Origin: Candidatus Kuenenia stuttgartensis
GTDB lineage: Bacteria; Planctomycetota; Brocadiia; Brocadiales; Brocadiaceae
Reading direction: 5' to 3'
DNA: 32,000 nucleotides
Assembly: GCF_900232105.1 (NCBI RefSeq)
Contig: NZ_LT934425.1
Span: forward strand, 2,490,001-2,522,000
The notes beneath the pieces are model-generated. The model saw only the letters and a program-made list of their open reading frames with translations. It had not been told where the DNA came from and made no database searches. Below, piece after piece: positions 24,133 through 31,103 of the stretch (within the stretch, counting starts at the first letter, position 1; each line of letters starts with the position of its first letter). Made by a program: the position numbers and the translations under genes.

Positions 24133-25128
24133 ATGCCTAAAGTTCCTTTAATAAGTGTAGTAATGCCGGTATACAACTGTGAGCAGTATGTACGAGAGGC
24201 AATAGAGAGTATTCTTCACCAAACGTTTCAAGAGTTTGAATTTATAATTATAAATGACGGTTCAACTGATCAGACACCAGAAATATTAAATGAGTATGCA
24301 AAAAAAGATATTAGGATAAAAGTAATAAATCAACTTAATAGTGGTATAGTTGTAGCTCTTAACAGAGGCTTATTTGAATCGAAAAGTGAATGGATATTCA
24401 GAATGGATGGAGACGATATTGCTTTGCCCCATCGGTTTGCAGTTCAGATAAAGGCAATTGAGAAAAATCCTTCTTTAATTCTTCTTGGTGGATGGTGTCA
24501 GCAAATTAATACAAAAGGAGTTTTTTTAAAGGTTAATAAATATCCTTCTCATCATAATAAACTAATACACAATTTAGAGGCACATAACCAGTTTTTTCCA
24601 CATCCAACTGCATGTTTTCGCCGTGGAGTAGTTATGAAATTAGAAGGATATAGAGAAAGATTTCGTCATGCAGAAGATATTGATTTGTGGTTTAGAATGG
24701 TAGGACATGGTCAATTTGCTTGTTGTGACGATGTAATACTTTGTTTAAGAAAACATGAAAAGAATATATCTGATTTTGATTTTGGCAGAATTCAACAGGT
24801 GAAAGCTGTTGCTGCATTTATATGTAATTTTCAACGCAAATATAGACGTTTTGATCCATCGCAGATGAATGAAAAAAACTGGCAGGAATTTTTGTTTTGG
24901 ATTGAAAATGAAATGGACTCAAATGGATACTTTCGAAAAATGCGAGGAATGGATGCATTAAGAAAAGTCTGGTACTCCAAACCAGGAACAAATATGTTAA
25001 AAAGGGGGGTATCTGTAGTCCGTGAACTAATTCGCAATCCTGTAGCCAGGAAAATTATTTGGAAGCAATTTGGGAATAGCAATTTTATTCTAAAATTAGC
25101 AAAGAGAAGCGAAGAAGCATTGAAGTAA
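24133..25128 (+). CDS. Family 2 glycosyltransferase
   Basis: 331-aa ORF with ISVVMPVYNCEQYVREAIESILHQTFQEFEFIIINDGSTDQT and the DxD-type RMDGDDIA. Confidence 0.85.
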   Translation: MPKVPLISVVMPVYNCEQYVREAIESILHQTFQEFEFIIINDGSTDQTPEILNEYAKKDIRIKVINQLNSGIVVALNRGLFESKSEWIFRMDGDDIALPHRFAVQIKAIEKNPSLILLGGWCQQINTKGVFLKVNKYPSHHNKLIHNLEAHNQFFPHPTACFRRGVVMKLEGYRERFRHAEDIDLWFRMVGHGQFACCDDVILCLRKHEKNISDFDFGRIQQVKAVAAFICNFQRKYRRFDPSQMNEKNWQEFLFWIENEMDSNGYFRKMRGMDALRKVWYSKPGTNMLKRGVSVVRELIRNPVARKIIWKQFGNSNFILKLAKRSEEALK

Positions 25129-25209
25129 ATGAAAGATATAAAAGCAACAAATTTGTAAGTTGTCAGATAGTGTTGTGTCTCTTTAACCGTGCAGTTATCA
25201 CAAATATTG

Positions 25210-26346
25210 TTAAACCGCACTTTCAAAAACTCTTAATGTATTTTTTACTGCATTTTCCCATGAAAAATTTTCTGCCCTTTTTAATGAAATTTTTTTCAAT
25301 GTTAAAATTAAATTCTTATCTGTTATTGTTCTGCATATTGTATCTGCCATGGTAATAGGATTCATAGGGTCGAAGTATACAGCAGCGTTTCCGCACATCT
25401 CCGGCATGGGTTCTATATTAGAAGATAGTATTGGAGCGCCACAAGCCATTGCCTCTATTAAAATATTTGGGCAATTCTCACAGGTAGAAGGGTAAACAAA
25501 AAGTAAACACGAAGCATAAAGAAAAGGAAGCTCCTCGTACGACACCTCTCCCAGAAATAAGACCCTTTCTTCAAATTTCCTTTCTCGTATAAATCGCATC
25601 ATTTCATCATAATAACCATCATCAAAACATCTCCCCACTAATACAAGTTTTATCTCATTATCTATTTTGTTACAGATTAGTGAGAATGCCTTTATAAGCT
25701 CAAAAAAGTTCTTATAACGATGGATATTTGAAACATAAAGTATAAATTTACTAAGATTATATTTGTTGCCTATTTGTTGTTTTTTATCTAAATCAACGTT
25801 TTCATGAAATAATTCTTCATTCTTTCCATGATATATGAGATTGGCATGCTTTAAAGAAAGCCCAAGATTCTTCATATCGTGAATCGCCTTTTTTGATATA
25901 AATATTACCTTTTTTGCTCTCTTGATGGATGCTATAGTTAATAATTTTAGGAGTTTTAGTCTGTACTTTTGAATTTTACGTTCGGCATCAATAATTGCAT
26001 CGTCGAATGGGGCAAGATTTTGTATCATGACAACATTTGGTATCGTTGAAAAAAGAGGGCATATATTCCCAGGAGAAAAAAGAACATCAACGCCTTCTTT
26101 TTTCAGGATAAAAGGCAAGATTAATTGTTCCCACAAAATGCGTAATAGAGGATTTCTTGAGGCCATTCTAAAAGATAAAAATGTAAAATCGGGGTGTTGA
26201 AAATAAAATACATCTTTTCCTTTGAGTGTTGTGAGTATAAGAAATTGATGGTGAGTGTTTATTTTTGACAAATACGTTAAGAGATTTTTTATATAGGTGA
26301 CACCTCCGCCGGCAACGGCAGATGTCGTATTAATGGCTATTTTCAT
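25210..26346 (-). CDS. Family 4 (GT-B, GT1-like) glycosyltransferase
   Basis: 378-aa ORF on the - strand, convergent with the operon. C-terminal LFVYPSTCENCPNILIEAMACGAPILSS carries the EX7E motif of retaining GT4 enzymes. Confidence 0.85.
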   Translation of the reverse strand: MKIAINTTSAVAGGGVTYIKNLLTYLSKINTHHQFLILTTLKGKDVFYFQHPDFTFLSFRMASRNPLLRILWEQLILPFILKKEGVDVLFSPGNICPLFSTIPNVVMIQNLAPFDDAIIDAERKIQKYRLKLLKLLTIASIKRAKKVIFISKKAIHDMKNLGLSLKHANLIYHGKNEELFHENVDLDKKQQIGNKYNLSKFILYVSNIHRYKNFFELIKAFSLICNKIDNEIKLVLVGRCFDDGYYDEMMRFIRERKFEERVLFLGEVSYEELPFLYASCLLFVYPSTCENCPNILIEAMACGAPILSSNIEPMPEMCGNAAVYFDPMNPITMADTICRTITDKNLILTLKKISLKRAENFSWENAVKNTLRVFESAV

Positions 26347-26858
26347 GTAATATTAATCCATTAGGACACGGATAAATACTGATAAACGCGGATTATATAA
26401 CATTCCCGTATCTGAAACAACGAATAAAATATTGTGTGACAGTTCTGTTTACCGCAGAGAAAGCGGAGACTTAGTCGCGAGTCTTCGGTGTGAGCGCAGA
26501 CGAACACTCAGTTGAACGATCGCAGAGGCAGCAAGGTAGGTAATGGTTCACCAGGCGCAAAGGTAGTATTTTAATTTTTCTTTGCGTCTCTTATTATAAG
26601 GAGTATAACCTATAATTATCCGTCGGAGGAGCTTGAAGAAGAAATCAGGAAAGATTTAAATACTTTAAAGAATGTGATAAATTAAAAGATAAAGGTTGCT
26701 GGCTTGTCAGTTTTAGTAAATATCGTTGTCCCTGTTTTCCAATGTTGCTGAGGCACTTAGACATGCATGGCTTGTGTAAAGTAAATATGTCAGCTATGAA
26801 CATTGGAGTGTCAAGATTCAAGATCTGACCCTCGGTACTGTCATATCAGATGGAAAGC

Positions 26859-26985
26859 GATGATAATGCAGTAATAAACGGCATACGTCAGAATACAAAA
26901 ACCGGCAGACCTTGCGGTGGCAAGTCTTTTATAAAAAAAGAGATTAATGGCATTATCAAAGGGAAGACCGCCAAAGAAAAAATAA
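26859..26985 (+). pseudogene. C-terminal remnant of a RayT(COG1943)-like Y1 transposase gene
   Basis: DDNAVINGIRQNTKTGRPCGGKSFIKK...LSKGRPPKKK-stop parallels the family tail (..lR..t.tGRP.G...F....e...gr.l...kGRP.K). At least one frameshift in the A-run near 26930. No N-terminal part present. Confidence 0.4.
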
Positions 26986-27053
26986 ATGGTTGCCATCCCT
27001 ATTATTCCCTCATATCGATAGGTGTATAATGCCTTGCTGAGAAGGGAGCAGGA

Positions 27054-27087
27054 AAGCCGTATGAGGGAAAAACCTCACGTAAGGTTT
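27054..27087 (+). ncRNA. Orphan group II intron domain V-like hairpin (intron 3'-end remnant)
   Basis: aagccgtatgagggaaaaacctcacgtaaggttt aligns position-for-position with the 34-nt DV consensus GAGCCGUAUGCGAUGAAAGUCGCACGUACGGUUC. The AGC triad, CGUAU...ACGUA.GGUU arms and an A-rich loop are present. It has a few deviations and no RT ORF upstream. Confidence 0.55.
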
Positions 27088-27234
27088 GATGAGAAGATGC
27101 TGGAAATAGGGTATGGTTGAGATGGTGTGTGACACTCTCAGAGGAAACGGAGAGAAACAGGGAACACAAATCTTAACCTGTAGCCACTACATCAGTGTTT
27201 TGCTTTACATTTAATAAGGAAGATTGTTAAAGAT

Positions 27235-27417
27235 ATGATTGATGCTATGCCAGAGGATGAGCTTAAAAAAGTCTTTGGAATCCTGGAACGTCTTATAGAA
27301 AAAGACAGTAATGAAGCGTGGTCAGTATGGGAAGAACTTGGTAAAGACGCTGCTGAAGGCAAATGGAATGATGCTTCAGAAAGACACGATTTCTATTTAT
27401 ACGGAATAAAGAAATGA
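27235..27417 (+). CDS. Small VapB-position antitoxin-like protein, copy 1
   Basis: 60-aa ORF ending ..ASERHDFYLYGIKK (an HD.Y.YG tail as in the 3500 antitoxin). ATGA overlap with a PIN-type ORF start. Confidence 0.5.
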   Translation: MIDAMPEDELKKVFGILERLIEKDSNEAWSVWEELGKDAAEGKWNDASERHDFYLYGIKK

Positions 27418-27616
27418 AAATCTTTATTGATACCAGCGCGTGGGTTGCCTTAGAAAACAGAAAAGACATTCACTTGATAAAGATTTTGAACAAATGGGCT
27501 TTGCAAAAAGCCCTTTGCTAACGTATATATGACGTGGGGAATATTTTCCAAACTACTTTTAAACAAATATGGAAATCACAAAAAATATTCACAGTTTCGC
27601 AATCGGGTTCATAATA
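27241..27616 (+). repeat. Direct repeat, copy 1 (~376 bp; partner 30121..30498)
   Basis: Collinear by eye with 30121..30498, with scattered substitutions. Covers the antitoxin-like ORF, the gutted vapC and a decayed fragment resembling an rSAM accessory-domain C-terminus (..DVGNIFQTTFKQIWKSQK..). Confidence 0.7.
27414..27521 (+). pseudogene. VapC (PIN) remnant with internal out-of-frame deletion, copy 1
   Basis: MKIFIDTSAWVALENRKDIH is a canonical PIN N-terminus. The next bases encode, in another frame, DKDFEQMGFAK, a canonical PIN C-terminal t.D.dF block. The domain core is missing. Confidence 0.55.
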
Positions 27617-27810
27617 ATGTTGTACCCTTTTCAGTGCCGGTTTTGCCCGTCATTCCATGTTTCTACGTATCAAGAAGATACTGAAGAACTCAAATGTTTT
27701 CTAATTAAATAAAATGAGAATTTATTTTGATAGTTGTAGCATTCAAAGACCATTTGATGATAAATCTCAAATTCGTATTAGAATTGAGACAGAAGCGATT
27801 TTAAGTATTA

Positions 27811-29526
27811 CCTAAATCCTGCAAACAAGGCAAAGCCTTGTTGCAGGAATAGGATTGAAATGGTAGGATTTCCAAGGTATTCGGCGGTATATTGATAACA
27901 AAAAACACCTGAAAGGAGATTCACCATTTCGATGAAGAATATAGCAAAAAAATACAGCAAAAGACAACCGAAAATCAAGGCAGAGATGAGCGGGAAAGGC
28001 TTAACGGTACATGCAGGGCTTTTACCGGTATTGAATTTTATGGGTAAGCTGATGTTCCGGGAGAGAGTCCATGAAGCGGTCCATAAGGATCGTGGAGCAA
28101 ATGCCCGGTATCAGTTTATCGATGCGGTACAAATGGTAGTGATAGGGTTGATAGCAGGGGCGACATCGATGGTAGAGGTGATGAAGGTGTGTACAGATGA
28201 GGTATTGAAGAAGATGTCCGGGTGGAAAGAGGTACCTGTAGATACTACGATAGGACGTATTATGAAGCTGGCGAGTCAGGGAGATATAGTGGAACTGACG
28301 GGGGTGATCCACCGGTTTAGGGGAAAGATATGGAAGCGTGCGGTGAGATCAGGCCATAAACTCAGGAGTGCTCTTTGCGAAGTATGGATAGATGTTGATT
28401 CTACCGTAGATGGTGTATATGGGAAACAGGAGGGTGCAGAGGTAGGATATAATCCGCACAAGAAGGGGCAGAAGGCGTATCATCCCTTAATGGCATTTAT
28501 TGCAGAAACAAAGGAGGTATTACATAGTTGGTTCCGCTGTGGAAGCGCCTACACGAGTAACGGAGTAGTAGAGTTCATGAAGGAATGTATGGCGTACATG
28601 AATAAGGGGGTAAGGGTGGTATTTCGGGGAGACAGCGGTTTTTTTACCGGAGAATTACTTGAATACCTTGAGTCAATATTGGCGGGATATCTGATTAAGG
28701 TAAAGCTGAAGAATCTGGAAGGATTGCTTGAAGGGCAGAAATGGAATGAGGTGAAAGGGGAGCCAGGATGGGAACAGGCTGAATTTTGGTATCGATGTGC
28801 AGGGTGGGATCGTGCGAGACGTTTTGTGGCAGTGCGGCAATTGGTCAAAAGAGAAAAGAAATTAGTAGAAGTGTCCGTGTATGAGTATTTTTGTTACGTT
28901 ACAACGGAGCGGTTAAGTCCGATGGAAGCGCATCGTTGTTATGGAAAGAGGGCTACCTGCGAGACTTTGATAGAAGAGAGTAAAGGACAGATGAATGCGG
29001 GGCACATACGTACGGGTGAATTTTTGGCCAATGCTGCGCTATTTCAGTGTGCGGTGTTAGCGTATAATCTTTTGAAGTGGATGGGATTGCTCAGTGGTGG
29101 AGTGATACAAAAGTGGGAAGTAAAGACGATGAGACTGTGGTTAATCCGTGTGGCAGGGAAACTGGTGGAGAGAAGCCGGCAGATGACATTAAAATTGCCG
29201 GAGAAATTTCTCCATCAGGAGGAATGGGAAAAGTGGGAACGCATGTCACTGGATGTAGTTTTTCAGTAGAAAACCGACGTTGTATTTCGTTTTTTTAGTC
29301 TTTTGAGAGTGGTAAGTATACCGCAGATGGAGACAGTACATCCCTATCTTGATTTTCATTGCATCAGAGAGCACGTTTCCGACAATTTCCCATGTCTTTT
29401 TGTTTAAAGTAGTACAATAGCGCTACCACAATTGCTAAAAAACGGATATCTGTTATCGCTTTTTGCCAATCTTGGTAGTGGAAAATACTGATTTTCGCAT
29501 TGCGAAAATCGTTTGCAGGATTTAGG
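27811..29526 (+). mobile_element. IS1380-family insertion sequence (1716 bp)
   Basis: Perfect 16-bp terminal inverted repeats cctaaatcctgcaaac (27811..27826) / gtttgcaggatttagg (29511..29526). Flanking 5-bp direct duplication TATTA (27806..27810 and 29527..29531). Single transposase ORF. Confidence 0.85.
27932..29269 (+). CDS. IS1380-family DDE transposase
   Basis: 445-aa ORF with WIDVDSTVDGVYGKQEGAEVGYNPHKKGQKAYHPLMAF, VVFRGDSGF and CETLIEESK blocks, which is how I recall the IS1380 family signature. Confidence 0.9.
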   Translation: MKNIAKKYSKRQPKIKAEMSGKGLTVHAGLLPVLNFMGKLMFRERVHEAVHKDRGANARYQFIDAVQMVVIGLIAGATSMVEVMKVCTDEVLKKMSGWKEVPVDTTIGRIMKLASQGDIVELTGVIHRFRGKIWKRAVRSGHKLRSALCEVWIDVDSTVDGVYGKQEGAEVGYNPHKKGQKAYHPLMAFIAETKEVLHSWFRCGSAYTSNGVVEFMKECMAYMNKGVRVVFRGDSGFFTGELLEYLESILAGYLIKVKLKNLEGLLEGQKWNEVKGEPGWEQAEFWYRCAGWDRARRFVAVRQLVKREKKLVEVSVYEYFCYVTTERLSPMEAHRCYGKRATCETLIEESKGQMNAGHIRTGEFLANAALFQCAVLAYNLLKWMGLLSGGVIQKWEVKTMRLWLIRVAGKLVERSRQMTLKLPEKFLHQEEWEKWERMSLDVVFQ

Positions 29527-29864
29527 TATTATAGAACTGATTGAGGATGGAAGGATTGACCTGATTACCTCATCAGTGGTAGAATTTGAGTTAAAGAAAA
29601 CACCTGATCCGGAACGAATATCTTCTGGATTAAAAGTAATATCGTTACATTCAGAAAGAATTACTTTGTCTGATAAAATTGTTAAGAGAGCCAAAGAATT
29701 TGAAATGCGAAATATAAAGGCAATCGATGCGCTACACCTTGCGATTGCTGATGTAGAAAAAATAGATTATCTTTGCACATGCGACGATAGGTTTCGCAAA
29801 AGTGCAAGCAAGATCAAAAAGCTAGATACAAAAATTGTTTCTCCTATAGAATTTATAGAGGAGT

Positions 29865-30074
29865 ATGAAAATGATTACGATAACAAATAATGAAATAAAT
29901 AAAGAAGCGTTTGAAGTTCTTTTTAAAGAACTTGGCGTTAGCAAAACGATACGGTTTATAAACCAGTTTAGCGCTGGAAAAGGAAACTATACTGAAATGA
30001 AAGATAAAATATTTAAAGGAATGACGGTGGATGATATAGTTTCTGAAATCGAATCAAACAAAGATTTACCATAA
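29865..30074 (+). CDS. Small hypothetical protein downstream of and overlapping the PIN gene (possible cognate partner)
   Basis: 69-aa ORF overlapping the PIN gene 3' end by 26 nt. No recognisable motif; the role is inferred from position only. Confidence 0.35.
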   Translation: MKMITITNNEINKEAFEVLFKELGVSKTIRFINQFSAGKGNYTEMKDKIFKGMTVDDIVSEIESNKDLP

Positions 30075-30120
30075 AATTTATGAGGAGATTCGTAACGCAA
30101 CGTTTTTAAAAGGAGAGAGA

Positions 30121-30498
30121 GGATGCTATGCCAGAGGAAGAATTTAAAAAAATCTTCGAAACACTGGAATGTATTATGGAAAAAGACAGTAATGAAGCGT
30201 GGTCAGTATGGGAAGAACTTGGTAAAGGCGCTGCTGAAGGCAAATGGAACGATGCTTCTGAAAGACACTATTTCTGTTTGTACGGAATAAAGAAATGAAA
30301 ATCTTTATTGATACCAGCGCGTGAGTTGCCTTAGAAAACAAAAAAGACATTCACTTGATAAAGATTTTGAACAAATGGGCTTTGCAAAAAGACCTTAGCT
30401 AATATGTATATGCCATGTGAAATATTTTTCAAATTCTTTTTAAACAAATTTGGGAATCAGAGAAAAATTTTTCCACTTTCGTATCCGGGTTTATAATA
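30121..30498 (+). repeat. Direct repeat, copy 2 (partner 27241..27616)
   Basis: See 27241..27616. Homology ends exactly where the MITE-like element begins (30499). Confidence 0.7.
30127..30297 (+). CDS. Small VapB-position antitoxin-like protein, copy 2 (56 aa, below the ORF-track cutoff)
   Basis: Hand translation: MPEEEFKKIFETLECIMEKDSNEAWSVWEELGKGAAEGKWNDASERHYFCLYGIKK. AAGGAGAGAGAGG lies upstream. The following vapC start (30294) now carries TGG>TGA at codon 10. Confidence 0.45.
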
Positions 30499-30993
30499 GG
30501 AGCATTTCCGATTTTTTGTAACCGTTTGTGTGATTGGGGCAAAACAACGCAGCAAGGGGGATGTGGCAAGCCTGTCCCCCGCTGGCGGGGGATTAAGGGG
30601 GTGGAATTGTCTGCGGAGGAAATCTGGGAGGTTTATAACATGAATAGCCATAAATTTTTCTTCTCATTCCTACGTTCTGCGGGAATGCATGTCACGAAGC
30701 AGGATAAAATTGTCCATTTGACCAGTCTGCGGAGCGTGGGAAAGAGGGTCAAATTTGTTTTCATAATAAAGGGGTAGTTGAATCGATGGAGAAATCCAGT
30801 CCACCCCCTGCACCCCCGCCAGCGGGGGACATAGTTTGAACAACAGGCGCATTCCCGATTTTTGGTTAACTAATTGTACATTGTAACACAAGCATCCTGC
30901 TTGTGGCATTTTACCCTCAAACAGGAAGCTTGTGTTACTATTCCTTTCCCTCTCCCCGCTAATGACATTTTTACAAAAATCGGGAATGCTCCC
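30499..30993. mobile_element. 495-bp MITE-like non-autonomous element
   Basis: Terminal inverted repeats ggagcatttccgattttt (30499..) and aaaaatcgggaatgctcc (..30993). Flanked by a 10-bp near-duplication gttTataata (30489..30498) / gttCataata (30994..31003). An extra internal copy of the left end lies at 30846..30863. No ORF with coding character. Confidence 0.5.
30573..30831. repeat. ~31-bp inverted repeat pair, each arm containing a G/C palindrome, nested in the MITE-like element
   Basis: Arm 30573..30604 is tgtcccccgctggcgggggattaagggggtgg; arm 30801..30831 is ccaccccctgcacccccgccagcgggggaca. They match as reverse complements except for the short attaa/tgca segment, and enclose ~196 bp. 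The left arm overlaps another agcctgtccc motif (30569..30578). Confidence 0.55.
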
Positions 30994-31103
30994 GTTCATA
31001 ATAAAGAAACAGGCTTGCCCACAGGTATCTGAACTTTCGCTGACAGGCAATGAAGTTTTACAGCAATAACAAGACACTTAGTCAAAGATTTATCTGATAG
31101 ATT

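Larger units (their letters stand above)
27714..29890 (+). pseudogene. PIN-domain gene split by the IS1380-family element
   Basis: Exon-like halves 27714..27810 ([32 protein letters not shown]) and 29532..29890 (IELIEDGRIDLITSSVVEFEL...AIDALHLAIA...CTCDDRF..). Removing the IS and one TATTA copy restores one continuous frame with the four acidic PIN positions. Confidence 0.75.

Noticed and set aside
25129-25209. Expected bidirectional terminator between the convergent GT2 and GT4 genes
   Set aside because: Reading both strands, I found no convincing GC-rich stem followed by a T-run in the 81-nt gap.
210-26346. Numerous 60-131-aa antisense or out-of-frame ORFs inside well-supported genes (for example 210..533 -, 1517..1747 -, 2334..2552 -, 10553..10777 -, 13206..13556 -, 17650..17979 -, 24831..25226 -, 25170..25355 +)
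   Set aside because: Each overlaps a longer ORF that has clear family motifs. Their compositions are typical of AT-rich shadow frames (Ile/Leu/Phe/Ser/Lys-rich). No independent evidence supports them.
26347-26860. Gene-free stretch after the GT4 start with cgcaga(g/c)-type quasi-repeats, a ggacacggataaatactgataaacgcggatta motif and a 7-bp stem cgcaaag/ctttgcg (about 26556..26589), considered as an sRNA, terminator or promoter
   Set aside because: The hairpin lacks a T-tract, and I could defend no sigma70-like hexamers with confidence. The motifs resemble common degenerate repeat debris. The divergent promoter of the GT4 gene probably lies here, but I cannot place it.
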